DNA of 64,000 bases. Origin: Eledone cirrhosa. Taxonomy: Eukaryota. The first letter of the stretch is position 1; each line of letters starts with the position of its first letter. Positions 10,703 through 24,400 of this stretch are shown piece by piece. The position numbers and the translations under genes were made by a program. The stretch covers positions 271,064,001 to 271,128,000 of the forward strand of contig OZ024742.1 in assembly GCA_964016885.1 (NCBI GenBank), in the 5' to 3' direction. The notes beneath the pieces are model-generated. The model did no database searches. It was given only the letters and a program-made list of their open reading frames with translations, and was not told where the DNA came from.

Positions 10703-13700
10703 TCATCATTAGCCACGGCATGCCCAGCCCTCCACGTAGAGGGTTCTGGCAGCAGATGGAGCTCCTCACCAGCGGAACCTGACCCCTCCACAATAATTTG
10801 AAGAGGAGCCGCTCCAAGATGGCGAGTCGCGAACGGGGGAAAGGGACGACGGTCAGACGGTAGTAGATGACGGAAGCGATCTACGCGTTCGCCACCTCCG
10901 CCCGACCTTTCAATGATAGCTTCCTCCCAGCCCATTTTTGGGTGATACTGGCTACCCTGCCTGTCATCTCGTCCCAATTCTGATCCACCTGGAGGTCTGG
11001 CCCGAACCAAACACCGACCAACTTTACCGGTCCGTCAATCCAGCGCCTAACGACGCTGTTGTACGGCATGGTCTTGCCTCTCCAAGTGCCAAGTTGCAAG
11101 ACCACTGACTCTTCCGGGTTAAGTTTTGCTTCCGTCAACCTTTCATATTCCTCCAAAAAGTTGCCGACCATCTCTATTTCTGAGGTGTCCGACAGCACCA
11201 CGGTGATGTCGTCCGCATAAGCAGACACAGCTTTCCCGCGTCCCGGTTCGAGCGGGATGCCCTGCAACAGCTCTAGCTTCTGCTGTAAAGACTCGAGAGT
11301 CAATACGTACAGAAGGGTGGAGAGAGGACACCCTTGACGGACCGATCTGGAGACCTGAAACGGTTCCGAGAGGTGGTAATTAATTTTGACCATCGATCAG
11401 GTGCCACTGTGCATTGCAGTGATCCAGCTTCTGAAGACGGGGCCGAAGCCAACCGCCTCGAGGACAGCCTCAAGATTCCGATGGTCGACCCTATCGAATG
11501 CTTTCGATTGATCTAAATTGATCAGGGCCCCAACAAACACAGGTTTACACCCCACCCTTTCTATGGTGTATCGCATTAGGTGAAGGTTGTCGTGTACGGA
11601 CCTGGTTGGGATTGCGCCAATTTGCGCCTCCCCAACCAAACCCCCGACGACAATCGCTAACCTCTTCGCTAACTAACTCCCTGGCCTAAATCTTAAACTC
11701 TTGCTGAGCAGAATTATGGGCCTGAAATTGTCTAATGTGTCCCTCTTGTTCTCGTCTTTCCTTATCAGCGTCACTACGCCCCGGCACACAGAACTTGGAA
11801 TACTCACGTACTGCTGCCAGTTGCAGTAGAGCGCTTCGAGGAGATTGGAGAACAAGTTTGGCATATTTACGTAAAGCTCGTAGGGCAGACTATCCAAACC
11901 GGGTGACGTGTGCCTCATGCAGCCGACAAAGGCATCCTGAACATCAGCTGAAGTAATCGGCCTTTCGCAGCGCCCAGCGTCAGCCGTCGGGAGTTGCGGC
12001 AAGCCATCGAGGTAGTCCGCCACCGTCTCTGACCTGCGACTTGCCCCGAAGAACCGAGCAAAATGTTGGCGAAAGGCCTCACACATCCGCTTGGAATCGC
12101 TCAGCTGGTGTCCGTCTCCGTCCGTCAAAGACCGAATCGTGGTTTTATTACCACGCTGCGCCTCTGCCACGCGGGCTCATCGAACAGCTTTGGTTCCCTC
12201 GTTTCTCAGAGCACGCGCCGTAGCTCTGACAATGCAACCTTTGTGTTTCGCATTGAAGAAATGATCTAATGCCATTCTAGACGCTAGCACGTCAGTTGCA
12301 ATGCCACCTCAAATAGCCTCGTCTAACTTATCTATCAACTCCCCCTCCTTTCTATTTTTCTCTAACGCTACTTCTTTGCTAAACTCTATCGACATTACTC
12401 TAATCTCTCTTTTGAGAGCCCGCCACCATCTATTGTTGACGACTCCCACTGTCAACATTTTCTTCACAAATTGTTGACACGGTCCCTGTAAGCCTTATGT
12501 GCCGGAAATGACATGTTCAGCTTCCAGTAACTAGGTCCTAATCAACTTTTCTTATCTAGGTCGACCATAGAGATCACACCCTTGTGATCTGTATAGGTGA
12601 CCGTTCTAAAATGTAGACAGCCTACACTATTTCTGTCTGTTTTCCTAATGAATATCCTGTCTATATACGATCTAGGTGATCCTATGCGATTAGTCCAGGT
12701 CTCACACTGGCCTATTAGAGAAATCTAGTCGTTAACTGTCAGACAGTTGAAACAGGCTGATCAGCTACTTGAAGCGTTTGCACCTTCCCCTCCTACCAGA
12801 TACTCTACAGAGTCCCAGCGTGCGTCTAAGATGCCGTTCCAGCCCCCCGCTAACACTAAAGGGTGAGACGTTCCCAGAAAGGCTTGCAGGCGTCTAAAGA
12901 AGTCCAGGCGTCCTTCCCCAGTAGGGGTCTAGACGGCCACCACTCTAGAGGCACCACCTTCGTTATTGTTCACGTCCACGATCACCAACTCACCGTGCGG
13001 GTCCCGAAAGATCAACCTTACCACGAGATCCAGACTTTTCCTGAACAGCACTGCCTCCCCACCACCTATTCTCGGCGGACTAACAGATGCGGCCATGTTG
13101 GCAGTTTAACAGAGAGAGAGGAAAGGTTTACTTACTATCCGGGCTCTTGTTAAGGTCGGTTGGTTCGACCTCCATAGTTGGTGCGGTTTCTTTTGGGAAC
13201 CCCTTTAAAAGTCTTGAAGTGGCTTTTACGTTCGTGGTTCCGACGTCCCGAGGAAAGCTGTCTCGTATCTCCTTGTATAAATCGAGCGACATTCGCAACA
13301 GAAACAAATCTTCTGGCACGCAAGATGCGCTCGATTTAAAAATGTATCCCCTCTTTTTGTATCTCTTCACTTCGTGCTACGAGGGCCATCAGTTCCTTGT
13401 TGGCCCTCCTGACGAGTACGAAGTTTTGTATGTTTTTTTGGTGTGATTTTATTTGTTAGCGTGATTGTGGTGGTGCTGCTTTTTATGGTGTTGTTTCGGT
13501 TGTGTCTGTGTTTGTTGTGAGTGCGGTGTCTGCGGTCTCAGATATTTGTGTGTGTATTTGTTTTTACGTCTGTTTAGGTTGTTTGCGTTTGGGGGATTAT
13601 GGTGATGGTGATTGTGATGGTGGTGCTGAGGTTGCTGTTGGGGAGATGTTTGCGTGGGTGGTGTCTGCATTTTTTATGTTGGGTATTTTTGTGCTTTGAT

Positions 13701-15254
13701 GAGTTTATTTTCTTTTTGTGTTTCCTTTTTTTGTATTCTGGGGGATTTGGGTTTCCCCTCATCTTCACTACTTGTAGATGAGGGGTCTGCGTCTGTGTGT
13801 CCGTGTCTGGGTGTGGTTTTATGTTTTTATTTATGTGTGTATTTTGGGGGGAGGGAGAATTTGACAACTTTCCTCGTTTTTCAAAATGGTGGTCAATGTT
13901 GGTGGTGGTCTTCCATTTGGTGTTGTTGCTGGTGGTTTGGCTGGTGCTGGTGTTGGTTGTGGTCCTTGCACCGGACGGCAGCAGTGGAGCCCTTAGACCA
14001 CTTGCATCTTTCAGTAGTTGAGGGCAGAAGGCTCGCAAATGTTTTTTCCCTACATACGACACAATGCGGCCCTTTGTCCTCAGTCATAATATGTATTACC
14101 GTCCCGTTCTGAAGACGGCCTGATCTGGAGACATATCTCCAGGTCAACTGCCAGAGAGGACTGCTCTCTGGCAGTTCTTGTTACTTCTATCGGGACGGTA
14201 TCAGTCCCGTGCTCAATAACACATCCCAGAAGCCACCACATGTCAAGTCCTGGTGGGATTCTGGGAATGCGGAGACGGGCCGTTCTTTTTCCCATGTGGG
14301 AGGGGTACATTATGACCTTGCTGGTTTTGCAAGATGTCATAGCATGTTTCATAGCGAGGGCTTCTGACTTAAACAGCACTTAAATGGTGCCGTACTGTCT
14401 GCCTCTCGCTATGTATTCGGTCTCATCCCTGATGCACCTCACCACGACTTCGACATCTGCTTGTGGAATTAAAGCTGCCCTCTTGGTTTCTACTGATATG
14501 CACCTGTAAAGCACCGTTCTACGCTATACAGCATCAACAGCTTCTACCGGGACAGTTTATCTGGTGCAGGGTTGCTCTTGCTTCATGAGCTTCCAGGCCT
14601 GGTCCAACTTTTCATGTTTCTTCGAGAAGTCTATGCTGAAGGATGGCCTCTTTTTTGCTGCTGCCGCAGCGAAAGTGTTCTTCTTGTTGTCGTTGGGGGT
14701 CTTGTCGTTGTCGTCGTTGTTCTTGTTGGTGTTGTTGCTGTTATCACTGTTGCAGTTGGTTATATCTTTGGTAACGCCGTTGTTGTTGATTTCGGTGCAG
14801 CTGGTATCGTTGCTGTTGGTGCTGTCGCTGTTTATATTCTGCTTATTGGTGTTATATTCGTTGTTGATTTCGTTGATATTGTTGCTGCTGCTCTTGCTGT
14901 TATTGTGTTGTTTATGTTGTTGTGGTTCTCACAGTTATTGATATTGTTGTATTTGTTGTCGTTCTTTGTGTTGTTGGTGTTATTGTCATTATTGCAGTTA
15001 TTGATTTTCCTGTCGTTGCTGGTGCTGTTGTCGTTCTTGTTCACGACTCTTTTTTTTTTACTGTTTTTGGTAATGTCGCTGTTGCTACTGTTGTCATTTT
15101 TGTTTAAATTAGTGTTGTTGGTGCTGGTGTTGGCGATATTGCCTGATGTGTTGTTACTTTTTAAAATTATTGCGGGAGGGGCAGCGCTATTCGCCCCAAA
15201 ACATGACTCGTCGCAAGACAGCAAACTCAATAATGGGGAGCGTGGCACCGCCAT
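10697..15254 (-). mobile_element. Tx1/L1-like LINE (ORF1 plus APE-RT ORF2), degenerate and 3'-truncated
   Basis: ORF2: APE-like GGEAVLF, SYIDRIF, YTDH and YWKLN; RT SPGLDSLPYE, NFRPIILL, LDQSKAFDRV, VRQGCPLS, AYADDI. ORF1 (about 13130-15254) has an Asn/Thr-rich N-terminus and a CxxC knuckle remnant near 14060. Confidence 0.88.
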
Positions 15255-15449
15255 GTTATTATTGTTTTCGATAAAAAAACTTTTTTTAAACACACAAAGT
15301 TTAAATATTTGGGCCAAAAGGCCCAAATATTATGGGGAGTCCTTTCTTGGGCAAAGACTAAAGTCCTATTTCCCGTTTGAAAAAATATTAATGACAAACG
15401 TATTTCAAACAGTAGTTTGCAAATAGTACGTCTATTCGCTTCAATGACC

Positions 15450-16100
15450 AATAATAATAATAATAATGGTTTCTTTATTGGCCACAAAGGCTAACATGAA
15501 CAAAAACATTAGAGACGGCACATAACGGTAGAGGACTATACAAAGTGGGTTTGGGCCGTGTAAAAATGGTTATAGCAAGAAGATAGAAATATCAAAAAAT
15601 ATTCAAACAAAAATTCCCCAATAGAGAAGAAACTTCCGAGGGTCACTCGTGGCGAAAATCACACAAAAGACCAAGGCCACCCTGACCACCAGGGCAAGTG
15701 CCCTCCCTCACTTTTACACTAGTCAGTCTACAGGTGCATACTCAGAACGGGCCCGTTCACTAGGACCAGACTCGCCACTTTCACCCACCTTTCAACAAAC
15801 TTACTAGAAGACAGCACTTGCCTCTCCACCATGATTTTCCTCTTCAAGTGAAACTTGAAAAAGTTAATTAGGGATTCGCCGAAGAGGAAAGTGTCCGCCA
15901 TCAACACTTTCAAACTTATCCACCTCACAATATCATACCACAGGCAGGCGGGGCTATCTGCACAATGGACTCAGTCGATAACCGGATCCCTCCTACACGT
16001 GACAGCAGCTGTTCGACATAGCTCCACAAGTCAGCCTTTTCTTTTTTTTTGTTGAAATGAATCCACCATGCCCAGATTTCCTTCTACTTTAGAGGGGGTA
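15450..16100 (-). mobile_element. 5'-truncated 3' end of a Tx1/L1-like LINE (ORF2 C-terminus and 3' UTR)
   Basis: ORF ending ..KFVERWVKVASLVLVNGPVLSMHL*; the minus strand then has AATAAA followed by an (ATT)n tail. Confidence 0.65.
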
Positions 16101-16109
16101 GCCTTCTTC

Positions 16110-18865
16110 TCCGGTTTATGTTTCTTATACAGAAGGACGTCGGTAGTTTTCCCTCATGAATGGGGAGGCTGGATTACATGTACTACAGAGCGCATGAATC
16201 ATCTATGAGTTAACAATTTCATGCAGCAAAGGATCTTTCTGTCGATCAAGCAGTTCAGCTGAGATAAATAAATCAATATCATTTGGTCAAAATTTTTCAT
16301 GTAACCAAATTAAAGTCTGGGCCGGTAGCAATCCTTTTTATGCCATTCAATTGTGTTCATGTCCCATTTGACTGGTCCAAAGACATAGTCTTTTTTAGGA
16401 GAAACAGCAGCTTTATAACGTCAAATCTGAACATTCTAGCTATGATATCATGGCAATATTTGGGTCTCGTTGATGATAAAGACCACTCTTTATTTCATGA
16501 CATGTTGGGTAACATGTGAATGTAATGAAGAGGTGTGAACGACCATAGTCAGATATATGTAAGTGCATCTTGAGTACGCTCATAAGTATACCGTGGACAT
16601 CCTGTAAAGCTTGATGGTAGCATGACACAATACTGTCGAATTTTATAAACAACCAATGCTGCTTCATTACTGATTCTACCTTCTCAGTTGAATGTAATAC
16701 GACGGAGATCTTTCTGGTGTGTTCTAATGTAAGCCTTTCTTAAATTGTTGCATACATATCAACTGCAAATTTCTGGAAGAGCTCATGTGAACGAAGACAA
16801 ATATTGAAGTCTTGTTCTCTTAATATAAAAAGATACGCATAGAATTCCATGCAGCTTACTATTTTTGTCAGTGCAGGAGTTCTTGTTTAAAGCTCTGTTT
16901 TCGTATTTTTTAATACCAAAGTGATATCCATCTTGGCCAAATACACAGATTAACGGATACTGGAGTGAGTCATATGATAGATGCATCTTATTTCCTCTTC
17001 CTTGAGCAATATATTTTTTCCCATACTCGTCGCCGGTACTAATTGCTGCTACTTCCTTTGCGACAGGGACATTGTAGCAGCATCCGATTTCAGCAACAGA
17101 CATTTTTTCTGCATCAATAACTATCTGAAATCACCAGTCTCTGCTTTCAGCAACAGGCTTTTTCTCTGCACCAACAACTATCTTATATTCAGTGGGTGGT
17201 TAAGATTCTAATGCATACTTGAAGCTTCTGATGTAACTATTGTATGCATACAACATATCCTGCAGATCAAAGATTAACTCTTCTTTCAAATTTAGAAATT
17301 AAAACGATCATTGCAAAGCCTGCTCCTTGTAATTTGCCACAAAATATAGCTCCAGAAACTGAGGATTTTTGCCTTCAGTTGGCAACAAAGATCCAATACG
17401 ATGGTATAGTTGGCCTTGAACTTTAATATGTGGCTTCATGTTACCTTCTCTTATAATATTACTACCAAAGGAGGTCATTTGGAAAGCAGAATTGAAATCC
17501 ACAATGTTTTTCAAGACGTGCCTGCTCCTTGATATGTTTCCCAAACGCAATGCCTTCAAAGTATCTGGGGGTGTACAAAACTTCGGTAAACCAACTTTGC
17601 CCGCATCACAACACGCAGTAGTGGTGTATCTTTCCAATGTCTTTCCTTTATGAAAACTGCACTCTTTTGACATTGCTCCAGTATTAATCAATTTCTCTGT
17701 AGAATAATCATGTTTTGGGTCATAGTTGAAAGCCGATGTTTTCCAAGTCCACTTTAAAGGTGCATCTCTTTTGTCAAACATATTCAGCCTATCTTAATCA
17801 AGATGTTTGTGTTCCTCCTCTGCGGATATGTGAAGTCTTGGAGCAACTGTTTGTTCCTTGTTCTTTCTTTGTCTAAATCCGTCGCTGACTTATTGTCTAA
17901 TTGGCAGCTCTGGCAGCTTGTCTTTGTCTTGCATCATTTAAATATTTTTCTCTTTTCTTTCTTGAATCTTGGCTTCTGTGGACTCCATTTTATTTACCTA
18001 ATTGCTGTAATTGTTTTTCTCTTGCCAATTGTGACTCATTGACCCTGCGTGCAGAAGCTCTCCTCAGGTCGTTTTCATGTTTTTGCTGTCATTGTGCAAG
18101 TGGCCCTGGCTACCTCTATTTGCATTTGCTTCACTGTAGAATACTGATCAACTACATCTACCGCGTCTCCTCGTGTAGAGAGTGAGAACATTTTTCTCGG
18201 AAACCTTTTGAAAATTAAAATGGGCAATAAAGGAAAAATAGAGTGAAAGATACGTGTATATCTTCACAAGAGTGATTCAAATAAATGGCGATTGCGGAAC
18301 GCCGTACGCAAGCGCACACACACACGCAAACTCTAACATGCACACCAACGCACACATACACGCAAACGCAAACACGCACGCACGCACTCAAACATGTTGA
18401 TACTTTTTACTTTCAGTGGACGCTGCACGCACACACACACACACACACATGCGAACACATCTTAACAGTTTTTACACACCTCCCCATCTTATTTCCACAC
18501 ACATCACACACACATGTATCTGCACTGACATACACACATACAGTATCAAAGACAACGTCTCTCTCTCTGTCCCGCTATCCCCTCTCTCTTTCAACACCTA
18601 TAGAAATTTATTTTCTCTCTTTGTTTCTTTCTCTCTTCCCTCTGTCTTTTTCTCCATCTATGTTTATCTCTCTCACGCATATTCTCTCTCCCCCTCTCTT
18701 TTAGTATATGTATCTTTCTTCACTCTCCCTTTCTAACTCACTCACAGACTACCACTATTTACATTTCTACCTCTATCGAAAAACATTGTGACGAATGAGG
18801 AGATGTAGGAGAAGTAAAAAGCGACTTCTCCATTGGTACTATGCACAGACATCTGCTTATATAGA
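16110..18865 (-). mobile_element. Helitron, 5' portion (degenerate RepHel N-terminus and Rep), truncated at about 16110
   Basis: CCDAGKV, FNSAFQMTSFG, VQGQLYHRIGSL, YDSLQYPLI..GQDGYH, DIDLFISAEL; candidate 5' terminus A|TCTATATAAG at 18865. Confidence 0.85.
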
Positions 18866-19794
18866 TTAGCACGTTCTGTTTAATGGAACGTGTAATGCAT
18901 ATTTTGCATGTTAATAAGGAGGTAAGTGACGAATTACATTAAATCTAGAGTTTAATTTACGAAAGTTTGGTTGGGGATAAGTGCCACGGACAACTCTATA
19001 GTTGATGGTATCATTTATGGCTGTTGCTGAGACAGGTGAGCATTTTTCTCTACGTGGTTTTGTTTGTAAATATATAGGGAAATGTTTATATTTTGTGTAT
19101 AATCCTGTGTTTCTGTAAATGGCTTCTATTTGTATGAGTGCGTATCGCTATGTATGTAATTGTATTTAATGTGATCATATGGGTGTGAGTGTTAGTGCAT
19201 TTCAGTATTAGCGGGGGAGGGAGTTTACATGTGTGTACGTCTGGGGTTAAATTTATATGAATGCATGTATTTTTAAGCGTAAGAATGTAGGTGTCTTATT
19301 CATAATTAAGGTGTGGAATGGACAGAACCATGACTATATTCAGGATGCCTGAGATGGTTGAGAAAGGAAAAGTTATCCTGAAACGGGAGAGATGGCCGGA
19401 ATGTTTACAATTGTACTCTACTTTTGGGAGCCCCTGATGTTGATGGACGTGTTGAACGGACATATATATATATAGATACATATATATATATATATATTGA
19501 CGTTAGTATATATATGCATGTGTATATGTATGCGTGTTTATTTACAATCATCTTAATATGTGAAAACATTTTTAACTATGCGTGTTTGAAAGTATATTGA
19601 TATGTGTATTTGAAAGCATATGTGTTTCTGTAAGTACCTGTTATGTTTCTTTATTTGTATGTATGCATGTATGTGTTTCATTTCCAGATATTTGAATTCT
19701 TCATGAAAGAAAGTATTTGGTTTCTAATTAGTAAACAATATTTCTCCATCTTAGGAATTCGTATAACAAATGGTGATTGTTATGTGGTCAATTT

Positions 19795-20090
19795 TTAAAA
19801 GATTTCATATTTTATTTCTGTTTGACTTAAAACTGAATTTGAATAGTGAACTTTAGAGCGTTTCATTTTTTTCTGAAATGCTAGATATTGCATTTTCCAG
19901 CAGAGATAAAGTGCAGTAATGATTTTCGGTATAAATCTGAATGTATAATGTGGGTTGAGTTTTCGAAGCTGTTGTTCGTAATCATTCTTTTCTCTATTGA
20001 TTTCACGAGAAATCGTCAAATAGCGGTCATAACTTCTATCAGGTCACAGATTCCGGTTCCAAATTAGGTCAGATGTTTTTACCAACATTT
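19795..20090 (-). mobile_element. Decayed 3' fragment of an RLE-type LINE
   Basis: Minus-strand KTSDLIWNR..LIEV and EKNDYEQQLRKL..FRFIPKII resemble an RLE domain C-terminus. Confidence 0.45.
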
Positions 20091-21067
20091 TTTTATGTAT
20101 ATGTCCGTGATATATTCAATAACAGGTGATTTTTCTATAGCAATACCAGGATAAAGTTTATTGTGTATGTTGCATTAGCAACAACATCATTTTGCTATGA
20201 GAGGTAGTACCTTGATGGTATTCATGAACTGCGACGTAATTGATGTTTTCAGCTTCAGTTTGAGTCTCTAAACACTTCAACGTCTCTTGTATTATTTAGA
20301 TAAATAGTAACTAGCTGACGTACCCAGCTTCGCCCTGGTAAACAGATGATAAGAGAAAACAGGTAAAAGAGAAAATGACTGTATTGGATGTTTGTCTGTT
20401 TAGAGTATGAGGCGAGTCCGTGGTGTCTGTGAGATACAGAAAGCAGTAACAGAAAATCTTCCAGATATACCAGATTCTTCGTTGTACCGTTTTTGCATAG
20501 TATATGAACAATTCTAGGTGCTCCCACCTAGAAGAGTGACCTCAAGGAGATGGTTCATCTTCTGCCTGACTGTAAAACGTGTATCATTGCATAGACGTGG
20601 TTGTTCCGCGTTTCTCAAAAGGATGATGGAAGTTCCAATTTTTTATATTATATGTAGATATAGATATAGATATAGATAATTAATATAAAAGATGCCCATC
20701 AATGTAAAAGAGGTCCCTATTTTCTTGAAATAGTTTATACAAATGCCAAATTAATATGGATATGGATAACATGCTTATCTATATGTGGTCAGCTAAATTA
20801 ATAAAACAACAAATTATATGACACAACAATTTATTCAGTAATTTCCAGGTTCTTAGCCACTGAGTAATAGACAGTCAATGTTGCCCAGAGTTCAACTCGG
20901 AGAGGTGGCCTGGTTTGAACTCCAAATGGCGGATCCTTCTACTTCGAAAATAGAATCGTTTTTCAATATTACTCTAGCCCTGGCCGGCCATAGGATCCAA
21001 ACATTTTTGCCAGACTCAGCATATGATGAGGTTTTATTACCACCGCAATCAGAAGAGATACATTTTA

Positions 21068-21397
21068 AGGCAATTTCTACCAATACTTGTTGGTTTTTAT
21101 TGCTCATTATCGAAAATAAATGACATTGAACAGAAATGATAACTCTGTCAAAGCTCACAATACTGATCAAAGTATACCAATGTCTGAATCATTTACGTCG
21201 AATATTCATAGCAGTGAAGGCAATTTCTACCAATGCTTGTTGGTATTTGTTGCGCAACATAGCAGTGAGAGCAATTTTTACCAATACTTGTTTGTTTTTA
21301 TTTCCCAAAACGACATTAAATTACATTGAACATAAATGTTAACTCTGTCAAAGCTCACATACTGATCAAAGGACACCAATGTCCGAATCATTTACGT
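21068..21397. repeat. Imperfect local duplications in the Helitron 3' region
   Basis: GCAATTT(C/T)TACCAAT(A/G)CTTGTT occurs three times and AACTCTGTCAAAGCTCAC..ACTGATCAAAG..CCAATGTC.GAATCATTTACGT twice. Confidence 0.8.
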
Positions 21398-21429
21398 GCG
21401 CTTATTGATAGGATTAAAATGTGCATACA

Positions 21430-24400
21430 TCAGCTGAAAGTTTCATTATAGACAATATTCAGGGTTGTTCCTCTGTTAGTGGTATTAATTGCAAATGTTA
21501 TACAATCAGGATAGCACACTCGAGATGCAGCAACATACAATTGCCCATGGCTGAATGCTGGGTCATTCAAGTAGATACCGACTCGCTCGAAAGTCTGTCC
21601 TTGTGCCTTGTTGACAGTCATGGAGAAGGCCAAGTTGACTGGAAACTGTCTCCTTTGCAAAATGAATGGCAGCAGATCTTCACTTGGTCTCAGCATGATC
21701 CTCGGAATGAGAACCGATTCCTCTCTGTCTGGGAGTTTAGCTTCTAAAACTCTTCCGTTAATCAATCTCTCAACAATCAATCTGGTACCTTTGCAAAGAC
21801 CCATTTTATGATTGATATTTCTAAGCAATATAATCGGCATGCCCTTTTTCAACCTTAAAGTATGTGGGGTAAATCCGGGTATTTGAAGTGAATTCAGATA
21901 CTCAGTCGGAACATCCATATTGTTCTGCTGATTAGGCTCCATTACATCAGCACAGACCGTCAACCATTACTCTCCAGGAAACATTCCGGCTACTTGTGAA
22001 TTTATTTCATCGACCTTTGCATTCGTATGAGTTAGTATAACGCGTTCCGATATCCAGGAGATATTCTGCCAAAAAGCATTCAAATTAGGGACACCCAGTC
22101 AATCATTGCTTGGCGGTCCAGTGGCATGACCAAATGCTCTGGGATACTTACAGTCTGATTATCACCAACGTGTGGCAATTCATCGTTTCCCAACGTGTGG
22201 CAATTCATCGTTTCTCAACCATCGGTTGTATGTCTCAGCCTCTTCGTTTTGCTCGAACATACGAAGTCGCATATTATCAAATAATCGCAAAACTCTGAAA
22301 TGGCGCCACAACGGGACTTTTTCAGATATGCATCGACAATTTGCGCCCTTTGAGCATTCCTAACAATTGGTAGCACCTGTCTGAAATCGCCACCAAGAAC
22401 GATAGTCTTACCACCGAATAGCAGGTCACTACCGCAGATAACTCTCAAAGTCCTGTCCAATGCCTCCAGCAAATACCTGTGTGCCATTGGAGCCTCCTCC
22501 TAAATAATCAGAGACGTATTGCGTATAAGTCCCGCGAGTTCACTTTGTTCTGTAATGTTACATACACTCAACTGATCCGGAGTCAATGGAGTCTTGATGC
22601 ATCAGTGGAAGGTCCTTCCATCACTCAGAAAAGTGGCAGCGATCCCACTGGTAGCCACAGCGAGAGCAATCTTCCTCTGAACTCTGACTGCCGAAAGCAT
22701 AGTATTGAAATAGAATGTCTTTCCGGTACCTCCTGGAGCATCTATGAAAGCACGAAGGTGCTCATTAGTGGAAATCGAGTGGAGAACGCCATCGAACAAT
22801 CCTCTCTGATATTGGGTCAACGTTGGCATACGTTAATCCACAATACGTTGCAGTTCCAGTGGATCAAACTGGAATTGTTCCCTCCAATCGAGTCGCAACC
22901 GTCTAAGCTGCAATCTCGTGTTCAATGCTAAGAAACGTTGCCGCATTTCTTCATCAGGAATTGGCAAATTGAAATCTGTTAAAAATTTGAAATGAACTTC
23001 CAGCAGTTGCTCAATATTCAGCAAATCAATAGCTTTCATCAAATGTTCATCATCGACCTGAAGATGATGGCTAAAATCATCAGCCATAATTCCCCAATGG
23101 CGTTCAAATAACTCTCTTGGATGTGCAGGATTGCAGAATCCTAGAATCGTGACACAAAAATGCCTTATTTGAGCTGACATCTGTGTTGTTCCTGTAGATT
23201 CCATGGCGTTATTCCATTCAGTATCATCCTGAAGGAGTCCCAGATGCTGACACACAGCCTGGTATGTTTCATATTCCACGCCATTGATTGTTTTCAAATC
23301 AGCGAAGCTCTGTTTACCTCTCGAAAAATCATTATGCAACAGAATTCGGAGATAAAAGACATCACCAGATGGACATTACAAACCCGTTCAATAGTCATGA
23401 ATCTCAACTTTTGTTTTCTATCATTCCATTTCTTTCCCTTCTTATCCCACGTATAGTGCGAAGGGAAATCGCAGAAGAGTTGCCTTTGATCCGGGTTCAA
23501 AGTATGTTCCCTATTATGCTTGAACCACTCAGTCAATTCCGTCTTAGGGGGCTGGTGCGTTAGGAGGTGCTGCGTTAGACCGTTTGCCTATTCTCTAAGT
23601 GAAGCGTCAGTTTTTGAACGCTGGGTTTGCGTTCATTGAGAGCAAAATCGAACAATCTCCAGCAAGCTTCGCTAGATCCAATCGCAGAACATCCTGGAAC
23701 CTGCCAACTTCATTTCCTTGGTTCGCTTCCCCATTCCTGACATTGATCATTGCCCGATGATGACCTTTGTAAACATATTTGAATAGATATTTGCAAGCTT
23801 TCACTCAACTACAAATTTCCACATTAATATGACAACGATATTTCATAATCCAATATGGATTGTATGGCACAAACCATTGATTTGTAACCTGTCGACCGCT
23901 TACATTTTCGATCAAACCGCAATCTGCAGGCGACCGTCTTCTGTATGAGGGATGGGCATCCCCATCGTTCCAGGAAGTGTTCGTGCAAAAGATTTCGGAA
24001 AGTGCTTACTGCATTGGCCATCTTTCATGTAAGGCGCTTTCCGATTTGCCACTCTGCATTGGTTGTGCACCATTGACTTTGCCACCAAGTTGCGTATTGC
24101 CTCATTCTCCGGCAGTTCAGCACCCCCGACGCTGTCGACATCCTCAGCACATCTCAATTTGCAATCTCTATGTAAAATGATCAGCAAATGTGCATGTGGC
24201 AATCCTCTTTTTGGGAATTCAATTACGTATGTAAAAGCAACTATACCTCCAAAGATTCCCTCTTTTTCCACATCATCCATTATCTTTTTCAGATATCCTT
24301 TGAATACTCTTGCCACAATATCAGGACCGTCCTTTGGCTGTTGTCCTGGCAAAAGTGCATCCTTAATATCAGTCCATTCAGGATTGCATGTAACTGTTGT

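Noticed and set aside
11425-11455. CTGAAGACGGGGCCGAAG hammerhead-like string
   Set aside because: It lacks GAAA and flanking stems, and lies in the antisense of LINE RT coding sequence
14572-15426. 284-aa hydrophobic 'membrane protein' ORF on the plus strand
   Set aside because: It is the antisense reading of the AAC-rich low-complexity ORF1 of the minus-strand LINE
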